64,000 nt of DNA from Cyanobacteria bacterium P01_A01_bin.123 (GCA_039815185.1 JBCBZT010000002.1:160001-224000); one strand, 5' to 3'. Positions 54,657-63,740 are shown, counted from the stretch's first letter. The notes: generated by a model from the letters alone, not told the origin. Translations and numbers: made by a program.

Positions 54657-55421
54657 CTAGGTGTAAACCACATATCCGGCAAGGCCCGCCAAGCTACCCG
54701 CCTTGGTTAGGCCCACAATCAACCGGGGAAAAACACAGCCCAAGTTGTAATTACTCAGCATGTCATCACCAATTTCAACTAAGGAAACGCTGTGGAGATC
54801 GTCATGCTGGTTAAACCAGTTTATTAGGGACTGCCATACCTGTACCCCTTCGTTAAATTCAGCCTGTTCATCGGGGTTGAATTCTTCTAGGGTTTCTGTA
54901 TCCCCTGTGACCAAGGCTTCGGGATAACCTTCATAATCTTCGTCCAGCAATTCCCACCAGCGCCCTTTTTCTACCAGGGGGGAAATCAAAATTTTTGCGG
55001 GGGGGTAAATAGTGCCGCCAAAAGCACTGCGAATGACTGATTCTGTTAAGTCTGTCGCGATCGGTTGATCAAGATTGGCTGTAACAAAAAAAGGATAGAA
55101 AAATACATCGCTGGCTTCAGTGCCCATGCCGACCTCAATGCCATCCATGAGTCCGGCGGCTTCTAAGGCAATCTGTTGGCAACGATCGATCTCTGCTGGA
55201 TCGTGATTGTGAACAACTGGATCGCCATCACGACATAACCTACCACAGGTATAGGCCACAGTACGTGTCGAGAGACAGTTGTTAGTCCATTCTTGGTGCG
55301 GGTCGTTAGGGTCAACCTTACCTTTTGGCGCTTCGGAAACCCCATAAGTTTCCATACATTCTTTGAGGCCCATCAAAGGCAAGTCATCGCGTTGGCAATT
55401 TTGAACGGGTTGAACACTCAT
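54657..55421 (-). CDS. Acidic hypothetical protein, possible enlarged NuiA (nuclease A inhibitor)-like fold
   Basis: 254 aa from ATG 55421 (TAAGGA RBS); C-terminus LIVGLTKAGSLAGLAGYVVYT resembles the NuiA C-terminus; CDS status solid, function tentative. Confidence 0.6.
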   Translation of the reverse strand: MSVQPVQNCQRDDLPLMGLKECMETYGVSEAPKGKVDPNDPHQEWTNNCLSTRTVAYTCGRLCRDGDPVVHNHDPAEIDRCQQIALEAAGLMDGIEVGMGTEASDVFFYPFFVTANLDQPIATDLTESVIRSAFGGTIYPPAKILISPLVEKGRWWELLDEDYEGYPEALVTGDTETLEEFNPDEQAEFNEGVQVWQSLINWFNQHDDLHSVSLVEIGDDMLSNYNLGCVFPRLIVGLTKAGSLAGLAGYVVYT

Positions 55422-55441
55422 ACTGATAGATTTCCTTAGAT

Positions 55442-56536
55442 CTACACTAATTCCCGGCAAGCGCGATAGAGATCTTTCCAACCGTCTCGTTCTTTCACTA
55501 CGGTTTCTAGATATTCGCGCCACACCACCGCATCTTGCACCGGATCTTTAACCACAGCCCCCTGAACCCCGGCGGCCAGATCTTCTGAGTTGAGGGTGCC
55601 ATCGCCAAAGTGGGCCGCTAAGGCCATGCCGCTATTCACCACAGAAATCGCTTCAGCCGGGCTGAGGGTGCCGCTGGGAGATTTGAGCTTAGTTTTGCCG
55701 TCTTCGGTAGTACCCGCCCGCAGCTCGCGGAATATCGTGACCACCCGCCGAATCTCACTCAAAGCGGGGGCTTCCGCTGGCAGTTCCAAGGCTCGACCTA
55801 GACTTTCAACCCGCTTCTGCACAATGCTGACTTCGTCGTCAGCGGTGGCTGGGGTCGGCAAAATCACCGTATTGAAGCGCCGCTTCAGAGCGCTAGACAT
55901 TTCGTTAACACCTTTATCGCGGTTGTTAGCTGTCGCAATCAAGTTAAACCCTTTTGTAGCCTGCACCTCTGAATTGAGTTCAGGGATCGGCAGCGTTTTT
56001 TCAGACAGCACAGTAATCAGCGTATCTTGCACATCGGCCGGAATCCGAGTCAGTTCTTCTACCCTGGCGATTTGCCCTTGCTGCATCGATTGCATTAACG
56101 GACTCACCACTAGTGCGTCCATTGAGGGGCCATCCGCTAAGAGTCGGGCGTAGTTCCAGCCGTAGCGTACCGCTTCTTCACTGGTGCCTGCCGTTCCCTG
56201 AATCAGGCGGGTAGAATCGCCTGAAACTGCTGCCGTCAAATGTTCTGACACCCAAGACTTACCCGTACCAGGGACACCGTAGAGCAGTAGGGCGCGATCG
56301 GTAGTGAGGGTCGCGATCGCGACTTCCATTAATCGCCGACTGCCGATGTACTTGGGCGAAATTTCAAATCCGTTATCCAACTCACCGCCCAATAAGTACA
56401 GCGATACTGCCCACGGCGATAGTTTCCAGTTGGGTGGTCGTTGTCGGGTATCGGCCTTAACGAGTTCAGCCAATTCTTCAGCAAACTGCTGTTCAGCGTG
56501 TTGGCGCAGGAGTGTGGACGGGGAGGCCTGGGACAT
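55442..56536 (-). CDS. MoxR-type AAA+ ATPase, YehL subfamily
   Basis: LRQHAEQ, WKLSPWAV, GVPGTGKS Walker A, RVEELTR, ATANNRDKGVNEMSSALKRRF. Confidence 0.92.
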   Translation of the reverse strand: MSQASPSTLLRQHAEQQFAEELAELVKADTRQRPPNWKLSPWAVSLYLLGGELDNGFEISPKYIGSRRLMEVAIATLTTDRALLLYGVPGTGKSWVSEHLTAAVSGDSTRLIQGTAGTSEEAVRYGWNYARLLADGPSMDALVVSPLMQSMQQGQIARVEELTRIPADVQDTLITVLSEKTLPIPELNSEVQATKGFNLIATANNRDKGVNEMSSALKRRFNTVILPTPATADDEVSIVQKRVESLGRALELPAEAPALSEIRRVVTIFRELRAGTTEDGKTKLKSPSGTLSPAEAISVVNSGMALAAHFGDGTLNSEDLAAGVQGAVVKDPVQDAVVWREYLETVVKERDGWKDLYRACRELV

Positions 56537-56570
56537 AGTGAGTTGAGAGTTACTAACTAAACCACTCTAC

Positions 56571-57188
56571 TCACTCTGCCTCACCTGCCCCAAAAATGTC
56601 ATCAACTGGCAGCTTGAAATCATTCAGGACAGATGACTCCAGAATTTGCCCACTGACAAGCCGCTGTAGATGATATTCACCCGCTATCAAACGGCATACC
56701 GTAATCGTTGGTTGCTTGGGTTGACCGATATAGCGCACCGCACCTAATGCTCGGTAATCGACAATCCAGTATTCCGCAACGCCCATGGCCTCATATTCCA
56801 CCAGCTTGTGACCGTAGTCATCGCGCCAATTAGTACTCACCACTTCCACCAGAAGCGGTATCGTTGTTCCAAATTGAATGGTTGAAGCACTCGACCAAAG
56901 TGGTTCATTCACCAACTCACGCTTGTCAAGCACCACCACATCTAGTCGATAGCCAGAATCAGGCAACTTGGGTTTGATCAGGCAACTTTTAGGAATCGTG
57001 TAAGGTAGCTTGCGCTGCCGAAAGTACAGGGTTAGCTCCTCGGCTACAAAAGCACCGACTAGTTCATGCGCTCCTGTCGGTTGCACCTCAACGACAACTC
57101 CGCTGTAGAGTGCATACTGCCGACCCTCTTCTGGAACCCAATGAATAAATTCCTCAAAGCTGACGGGTTCATCTAAAGCCTGAACCAT
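56571..57188 (-). CDS. Uma2 family endonuclease-like protein
   Basis: LVEVVSTNWRDDY, EYWIVDY; usual RPD and ELxxG positions altered (RLD, ALYSG). Confidence 0.85.
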   Translation of the reverse strand: MVQALDEPVSFEEFIHWVPEEGRQYALYSGVVVEVQPTGAHELVGAFVAEELTLYFRQRKLPYTIPKSCLIKPKLPDSGYRLDVVVLDKRELVNEPLWSSASTIQFGTTIPLLVEVVSTNWRDDYGHKLVEYEAMGVAEYWIVDYRALGAVRYIGQPKQPTITVCRLIAGEYHLQRLVSGQILESSVLNDFKLPVDDIFGAGEAE

Positions 57189-57253
57189 CGTGAGATCTAG
57201 CCTCTCAGTTCCATTGCTTTAATTCTGACATAGCCAGTCAGGATGACTGCTGC

Positions 57254-57802
57254 TCATCCAAATCCCTTATTCCAAATCCGAGTCTTTTTCTTTGAAACAG
57301 CGCGTGGACTTTCTTGCTTAACCCATTCTTCAGATGGAAGCGGTTCCATGACTGGGGGTTCTTGATCTTCACGAAACCAACCACCCATCGTCATGCGTAG
57401 TTCTTCATAGCTTTTGAAGTCGTGACTAAACTCCCGCATTTCATTCAACGGAAGAGGCTTTTCAAGAGTTTGCCGCCATTTTTGCTTCTCCAGCGTACCC
57501 ATGATCAGATAATCATTACCGATCGTGTCAAGCTCCTGCTGTAAAAACATCACCGTTAAGTAATGTTCAATTTCATGCTTATGCCCTATGAGTCTGTCGC
57601 AGACTTTGCAGTAACGGTTGGTGTAATTAAGTGTGATCAAAGTCATGGGATTAACATGAATGATCAAAGGTAATTTACGTTGCCCCGTTTTATTTTCACA
57701 AACTGGACATTTGTTAAACCGCATATCAGGATATGGATTAAGAGAAAAATGATATTGCGGTGGCAAATGACCAAAATGATTCTCTTGCCCCTTCCTAGCC
57801 AT
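57254..57802 (-). CDS. Hypothetical protein with two CxxC motifs
   Basis: CPVC...CKVC; AT-rich; 182 aa. Confidence 0.7.
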   Translation of the reverse strand: MARKGQENHFGHLPPQYHFSLNPYPDMRFNKCPVCENKTGQRKLPLIIHVNPMTLITLNYTNRYCKVCDRLIGHKHEIEHYLTVMFLQQELDTIGNDYLIMGTLEKQKWRQTLEKPLPLNEMREFSHDFKSYEELRMTMGGWFREDQEPPVMEPLPSEEWVKQESPRAVSKKKTRIWNKGFG

Positions 57803-57838
57803 CTCGCGACGTCCAAAACACGTTATTGATTAAAGATC

Positions 57839-59220
57839 TTATATGTTTGCTAGCGTTTCGCAGATGATTTTGAACAAAGGCCGTATGCTTGTCACTGGCT
57901 CCATGCAGTCTTGCTGCATGCGGCGGAGACGAGCAAGGATAATCCCATTGGCCTGATTATCCTCATTGGCTTGAGGACAGCGATCCAATAAATCCTCTAA
58001 CAAACAACCAAAGGCCCTGACTTCCAATCGCTCCAACGCTTGGCCCATAGCCGAATTCGCTGGATTGTAGAAAGAAGCTGCACCAAAGTCGCCCAGACAA
58101 CTCTCACCCGTCTCGTTCGCCAAAATGTTGTGGGCATACAGATCGCCATGCATGATGCCGTTGGCATGAAGGTGAGCAACAGCCGACGCAATTCCCCGTG
58201 TCATCTGCAAAATAAACGGCAGCGTAAAAACGGTATCGGTATTGTAGGTATCCCTTGTGCAAGTGGTTAAACTGGGAGGGCCGCCCAGATTGGTATAGTC
58301 AGGGGGAATGAATGAAAAGACTAGCCCTGCTGTGCTCCCCAAGTTTTGATCTGCACTATTGCTAAAGCTGGAGTCTAGCTTGCCCAACACAGTAACTAGA
58401 TTGGGATGGACACCCGCCGCGATACAAGCCCGCATTTCATCCAAGGGCGATCCATCGCTGGTGATTTCTCCCTTGAATAGCTTGATCGCCACGTTTTGAG
58501 GCTGTGCGGATTCAGATTCGGTTGATGCCCTTGAAGGTTTAGTCCACAGCCTTTGTAGATGACGCCAGAGGCACCTTCGCCGAGGATATCGTCCAGTTTT
58601 AGCTCAGTTGCCTTGATGGTGGGTAGCGATCGCATCGATTTCACTTCTATCGCTAACGTATCCGCATCACAGCAGGGATTTCCCGCATAGGCCAGCCAGG
58701 ATAGGCGCGGCAGCGTAAATAACCACTCCGGTAGCTTCTGAAGCCGATTTGCTGATAGCCGTATCAGTTCTAGATTTTGGCAAGCAGCCATTTCATCAGG
58801 GAGAGATTGGAGTTGATTTCCGGCGAGCATCAGCTTTTGTAAGGTGCTGAGTTTGCCAATGGCGGCAGGGAGTTTTTGGATCTGATTATTGGTTAAGATC
58901 AGCCAGCGAATGGTGGGTGACAGCACATCAACTGTTGTGATCTTATTGCCCTTAAAGCTCGCCATTGAGAGGGCTGGACAGGTAGCAAGTACTGCTGGAA
59001 ATGTCTCAAAATCGTTGTTATTGCAAAACAAAATTTTGAGTTTTTTTAATCGCCCAAAGGTCTCGGGCAGAGTATGTAAACGGTTATTAGATAAGTCTAA
59101 AATTTCTAATGAATCTGCTAACTCAAGAATTTCCATCGGAAATTCAGTCAACTGACAAGACAGATTTAAGCGTTTGTGGCCTACAAGCTGACCTGATCGA
59201 AGTAAGTCTAGGGGGTTCAT
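57839..59220 (-). pseudogene. Leucine-rich-repeat protein kinase, frameshifted near 58550
   Basis: LRRs and LGEGASGVIY in one frame; VAIKLFKG, HGDLYAHN, GDFG in the next; one added base gives YKGLWTKP...QNVAIK. Confidence 0.85.
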
Positions 59221-59277
59221 CTATGGGAGGTTCATCTATTTGATATCCATGTTAGGGGTCACGAGAGGTTGCTGGCT

Positions 59278-59886
59278 ATGAACAACGTACCAGGCACGAG
59301 GGGATATGAGGCAATCAAAGATGCATTCATTGAAGTTAGCCAAGCGCTAGACTTTGCGGAGATCAACAAGGACTTCCTTGAGTATTTACCATCACTTCCA
59401 AGTCGTGTGCTGGATGCCGGGGCTGGAGTCGGTCAAAACGCTGCCGCTCTGGCGCGGCTGGGGTATTTGGTTGTTGCTGTCGAACCCCTGCCAGCGTTCC
59501 TAGATGCAGCTCGATCGACCTATCGAGACCTTAACGTGATCTGGGTCAACGATAGCCTTCCTGGGTTGCGTAAGCTGGGGGAGGCATCTGGAATGTTCGA
59601 CTTTATCCTTGTTGATGGCGTTTGGCACCATCTCGATGACGAAGAACGATCGCAGTGCATGGCGCGATTCTCAACCCTCTTAAATGATGGCGGTGCTTGC
59701 GCCATATCCCTACGACATGGCCCTGCTGGAGCTGGGACGTACATATTCCCTACAGATGGCAGAAAAACAGCTGTTTTAGCAAAACATTATGGGTTGAGGG
59801 TTTTGCTGCATCTAGCGAATCAGCCCAGCAAAATGAGAAACAAACCGGGTGTGACTTGGACGCGGATGGTGCTTAGAAAAGAATAG
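59278..59886 (+). CDS. Class I SAM-dependent methyltransferase
   Basis: VLDAGAGVG, VAVEP, DSLP, FDFILVDGVWHHL, SLRHGP. Confidence 0.88.
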   Translation: MNNVPGTRGYEAIKDAFIEVSQALDFAEINKDFLEYLPSLPSRVLDAGAGVGQNAAALARLGYLVVAVEPLPAFLDAARSTYRDLNVIWVNDSLPGLRKLGEASGMFDFILVDGVWHHLDDEERSQCMARFSTLLNDGGACAISLRHGPAGAGTYIFPTDGRKTAVLAKHYGLRVLLHLANQPSKMRNKPGVTWTRMVLRKE

Positions 59887-59966
59887 ATTGGAGGAGTTTA
59901 GAGTCTAATTGTTTGGCACCCAGAGGTTTGTGGCCTGATGGTTCTACGGCTGTCTTTGAAAGCAGT

Positions 59967-60839
59967 TCAAGTCAGGGTCAATTTTTTTAGGGCGTCCGTG
60001 ACGTTGTCTGGTGCATATCCCATGGTCAAGGCGCGGGCACTATCCAGGGTCAAATCCGGGGCACGGGGGGCACTGAACTTTAGATCGGCTTGGTGACCGG
60101 GGTGCAAACAAGACTCATCCGTCCCCACTGCGGCCACGAGCTTTTGCCCAAATGCATAGCGTGATAGGCGTTCTACGCCGCCTAAATGGAGCAGCCCCTG
60201 AGTCTGATTCAGCGCTAAAAGAATTCCCTTAGCGGCATCACAACCGCTGACGGGTGTCCGAAACTCATCTACAAATAGATTAATCTGGTCGCCGCTACGC
60301 AATTTCTGCAACAGACCTTGCAGGAAGCTGGGCGCGGTTGGTGCAACGCCGAACAGCAGGGGCATCCGACAAATTAAGGCGGTTGGCTGCTGAACCAGAA
60401 TTCCTTGCTCAGCAGCGACTTTCTGTTCCCCATAGATATTGATTGGCGAGACCGGATCGGACTCATGATAGGGGGCATTAAGTCCATCAAAAACCTGTTC
60501 TGTGGAGATAAAGGTGTAGGCGATGGCGCGATCGCGGCATAGCGTCGCCAGATTAATAGAAGCCGTAACATTGATGCCATAAGACCCCTCTGGATCAACC
60601 TGGCAATCATTGGGTCGCGCCCTGGCTGCGCAATGAATCACGGCATCAGGATTGACATCATTCAGCACACCCTTAAGTGCTTGAACATCGGTTAGATCCA
60701 AGGTATGCAAAACCACTCCAGAGATTTGCACCGGATGTGTATGGCGAGTGCCATGGACATGCCATCCCTGACGCTGGGCTTCTTGGCACAGATGCCAACC
60801 CAGAAACCCACTTGCACCAGTGATCAAAAGCTTCTTCAC
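59967..60839 (-). CDS. RmlD-like NAD(P)-dependent oxidoreductase (extended SDR)
   Basis: ITGASGFLG, HCAA, STEQVFDG, YGEQK, DEFRTP. Confidence 0.88.
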   Translation of the reverse strand: MKKLLITGASGFLGWHLCQEAQRQGWHVHGTRHTHPVQISGVVLHTLDLTDVQALKGVLNDVNPDAVIHCAARARPNDCQVDPEGSYGINVTASINLATLCRDRAIAYTFISTEQVFDGLNAPYHESDPVSPINIYGEQKVAAEQGILVQQPTALICRMPLLFGVAPTAPSFLQGLLQKLRSGDQINLFVDEFRTPVSGCDAAKGILLALNQTQGLLHLGGVERLSRYAFGQKLVAAVGTDESCLHPGHQADLKFSAPRAPDLTLDSARALTMGYAPDNVTDALKKLTLT

Positions 60840-60998
60840 AGAATTATTGTTTTCTACTGGCCTATTTTATGATCTTGCTGAAATGTCTTAGCTCTGGATC
60901 CTTAATCGATATCAACAAGCTGAAAGTATTAGGATACGGACATTGAATAGGCATCCTGGGTATACCGGAGTTGAGATTATTCTGGGGGATTAGATGAA

Positions 60999-61102
60999 TA
61001 GCCCTTTTGTATAAATCTAGGCACTCGTCTGAGGGAGCTGGCAGTTGTAAATCGAAGCAATCAGATTGAACCTCAACCCCAACCGTCTCCGCCGCTTGCG
61101 AT
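60999..61102 (-). mobile_element. Degenerate IS5/ISL2 right-end remnant
   Basis: About 100 bp colinear with 63500-63603 (TAGCCCTTTTGTATAAATCTAG vs TAGACCTCTTGCATGAATCTAA; shared AGCTGGCAGTTGTAAAT and GAAGCAATCA). Confidence 0.8.
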
Positions 61103-61142
61103 GAGAGCGAAAAAAGTGGAAAGCACGCTTCCCCGCTTTGTT

Positions 61143-61862
61143 TCACTCTCGTTGTCTTTCTGTTGAAAGCTGCGTGGCCATTTCAGTGCGAGAAGAGACT
61201 TCAAGCTTGCGGAATATTTTTTTCAGCGCTTGCTTGACAGAGTTCTCAGTAATCCAAAGTTCTGCACCGACTTCTGCATTTTTCTTCCCTAAAGATACCA
61301 GATCTGCGATCTGACGCTCACGGGCGGTAAGGCGCGCTGATAGAGGCGTTGCATCACTATCAACCAAGTTTTTTGAGACGCTAGGAGATTGTTGGATGCG
61401 CACGGTCGCTGCCCATACCGATAGGTGCAGGCATAGCGCACTCACGTCGGCTAGATCTTGGTTGTTAAATGTGAGCTGAGACTTCTCGCGAGTGCAGCCC
61501 AGCACGCCGACTAGCTGCCCCTGTGTAACGACCGGGCCTGCCATCACATGCCAGTGATCTGGGCGAGGGCAGATGATTTGCCAGGCTTTGGGTGAGGTCA
61601 CTAGGCTTTCATGAACTGGGGCGTGTTGCTCGGCTAGATAGCGAGCAATTGGGTTGCGTTCAGTTGAGAGAACCGTTTCTATCGCCTTTTTGAAGGCGGG
61701 GTTTAAGTTGCGCTCTGCGGCAAGGATGCGATCAAAGAAGAAGATGCCTGAGCGAGTCGCTGCGAAGTGTTCTCCAATTTTTGGCGCAACTTGCGATCGC
61801 AACTCATCTTCGTCTGTCGCTTGGTTAATCGCTTGAAACAGGCTCTGCAAGTGGCTTTTCAT
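61143..61862 (-). CDS. LuxR-family regulator with N-terminal GAF-like domain
   Basis: CPRPDHWHVMAGP; LTARERQIA...ELWITENSVKQALKKIFRKL HTH. Confidence 0.88.
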   Translation of the reverse strand: MKSHLQSLFQAINQATDEDELRSQVAPKIGEHFAATRSGIFFFDRILAAERNLNPAFKKAIETVLSTERNPIARYLAEQHAPVHESLVTSPKAWQIICPRPDHWHVMAGPVVTQGQLVGVLGCTREKSQLTFNNQDLADVSALCLHLSVWAATVRIQQSPSVSKNLVDSDATPLSARLTARERQIADLVSLGKKNAEVGAELWITENSVKQALKKIFRKLEVSSRTEMATQLSTERQRE

Positions 61863-62005
61863 CTGACTTCTTATGCTTATAGCAAATGAGTGCACTTCAA
61901 AAAGACTACCCGAACGTGGTCTAGGCGTCGTCCGAGCTTCTCCTTATCGTAGATGGCATAGATGCTTACTGGCATCGTTCTAGCCTCTCTAAATTTGGAG
62001 AAAAA

Positions 62006-62677
62006 ATGACTGAGCTACAAACTGACTGGCCACATTATGTCATCGGCATTGTCATATATCCCGGCATGACTACCCTGGACGTGGTTGGCCCTCAAACGGT
62101 GTTTGCTGGGTTGCCTAACGTTGAAATTCATCGCACTTGGAAATCGCTAGCACCCGTCACCGGGGACGATGGCATGGTGATTGTGCCAGATACTACTTTT
62201 TCAGATTGTCCACCTCTCGATGTCATCTGTATCGGCGGCGGTCGCGGACAGAGTGCAATTATAGATGACGCTGAGCTGCTTGATTTTCTAAAGTCACAGG
62301 GTGAAAAAGCTAAGTTCGTGACCTCTGTTTGCGGCGGCTCTGAATTTCTCGCAAAGGCAGGGCTGCTCGAAGGCTATCGCGCGGCCACTCACTGGGCAGC
62401 CCGCCCGCTGCTGGCCAAGTTGGGCGTTGAAGTCGGCATGGAGCGCGTAGTCGTTGATCGCAATCGAATGACTGGTGGCGGTGTCACAGCCGGGATTGAT
62501 TTTGGGTTAACGGTTGCTGAAGCGCTCTATGGTGAAGATGTTGCCAAAATCAACCAGCTTTTGATGGAGTACGATCCAGCGCCGCCTTACGATGTGGGTT
62601 CGCCTGAAAAAGCTGGGCCTGAGCTGATCGAAAAAGCGATGCAGTACATGGCCCAGACAATGGGGGCAACGCTATGA
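62006..62677 (+). CDS. DJ-1/PfpI family protein, isocyanide hydratase (InhA)-like
   Basis: TTLDVVGP, SVCGGS nucleophile Cys, ATHW, GGGVTAGIDFGL, EYDPAPPY.GSP. Confidence 0.88.
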   Translation: MTELQTDWPHYVIGIVIYPGMTTLDVVGPQTVFAGLPNVEIHRTWKSLAPVTGDDGMVIVPDTTFSDCPPLDVICIGGGRGQSAIIDDAELLDFLKSQGEKAKFVTSVCGGSEFLAKAGLLEGYRAATHWAARPLLAKLGVEVGMERVVVDRNRMTGGGVTAGIDFGLTVAEALYGEDVAKINQLLMEYDPAPPYDVGSPEKAGPELIEKAMQYMAQTMGATL

Positions 62678-63168
62678 CGACGCATCACCCTGCTGAGCAA
62701 TTGAAGCTTGCTGAGCAATTATCTATTGAGGCAGAAGCTGGAAAAAGATGGGTTCAAGTGAGCTTCTTAGCAATTGCGATTCTATTCAACCTTTGCTTAG
62801 TTGCCCAGCTCCTAACCGTTGGTCTCGCCGTTTTTTCTGATGCAAGCTGGTGGCAGGTTCATGTCTGGCTGGTGCGTGGATATGGCGGACTGGCAGTGCT
62901 GCTCTTCATAGGGACGTTGGTCACGCCTTTCCCAAAAAGGATACAAGCGCTGACGAACGCGATCGTGATTCTGCTACTGTTGCAATTCGTGACAGCGCAT
63001 GTTCAGCAGCCCTTACCCCTAGGCGTTTTGCATCCGCTCACCGGATTCACCTTGTTTACAACATCTACAACCCTGGTTCATCGAGCGATGGCATTCGTGA
63101 GGGGTCATTCAGACAGTGCTGAGAATTTGGATATTCCGAATCCAGATATTCAGAAATCGAATGCTTAG
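62674..63168 (+). CDS. DUF6220-like membrane protein
   Basis: Four TM helices, Q..TVGLA.F, HVWLVRGY, LHPL; ATGA overlap with the DJ-1 gene. Confidence 0.65.
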   Translation: MTTHHPAEQLKLAEQLSIEAEAGKRWVQVSFLAIAILFNLCLVAQLLTVGLAVFSDASWWQVHVWLVRGYGGLAVLLFIGTLVTPFPKRIQALTNAIVILLLLQFVTAHVQQPLPLGVLHPLTGFTLFTTSTTLVHRAMAFVRGHSDSAENLDIPNPDIQKSNA

Positions 63169-63205
63169 AACTTGAGCATAGAGTTGCGCTTTGGGGAGGA
63201 AGCGA

Positions 63206-63499
63206 ATGACTGGCTATGGTCACCCAGATAGCTTAGTAGAGACTCAATGGTTGGCAAAGCATCTAAACGATCCTTCTGTACGCATTATTGAAGTGGGCAT
63301 GAGCCCAGAAGACTGCGAGAACGCCCACATCACATGGCCTCTACGCTCAGCAGGGCATCACCAAAGACAAAAGAGTCATTCCCTACTGTGCTGTTGGAGC
63401 GCGCTCAAGCTTTACCTGGTACGTGCTGAAGTATCTCTTGGGCTACCCTAACGTCCAAAACTATGACGGCTCTTGGCATGAATGGAGCCGGTCACCTAA
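63206..63499 (+). pseudogene. Tandem-domain rhodanese/sulfurtransferase with large internal deletion and IS-cut 3' end
   Basis: N-terminus [11 protein letters not shown]...AHI joined out of frame to C-terminus [10 protein letters not shown]...NYDGSWHEW. Confidence 0.85.
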
Positions 63500-63740
63500 T
63501 AGACCTCTTGCATGAATCTAAGTAGTCGTCTGAACAAGCTGGCAGTTGTAAATTGAAGCAATCAAATTGAATCTCAACCCAAACCGTCTCTGCCGATTGC
63601 GATAGCGCTCGGCCAAACTGCGAAACACTTTCAGCCGACGGATCACATGCTCTATCTTGATGTGCAGTGTGGCGAGATTCCGGTTGTAAGCCCGCTGCGT
63701 CTGAGTTAGCTTGCCACCCCGTGGCTTCTTGTAGGGGATG
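63500..63740 (-). mobile_element. IS5 family (ISL2/IS702-like) transposase 3' fragment with terminal repeat
   Basis: KKPRGGKLT...YN...IEHVIRRLKVFRSLAERYRNR..RFGLRFNLIASIYN; TIR TAGACCTCTTGCATGAAT; N-terminal part missing. Confidence 0.88.

Noticed and set aside
55590..56153. Long antisense ORFs (e.g. 187 aa here, 196 aa at 53095, 175 aa at 44139)
   Set aside because: Shadows of well-supported genes on the opposite strand, with no motifs
59250..59915. Integron cassette boundaries around the methyltransferase (GTTAGGG upstream, GTCTAAT downstream)
   Set aside because: Both core sites are imperfect, no attC hairpin follows, and no integrase is present
60862..61146. 94-aa ORF similar to the 98-aa ORF at 63492-63788 as a duplicated gene
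   Set aside because: Similarity comes from an alternative frame of the two IS remnants
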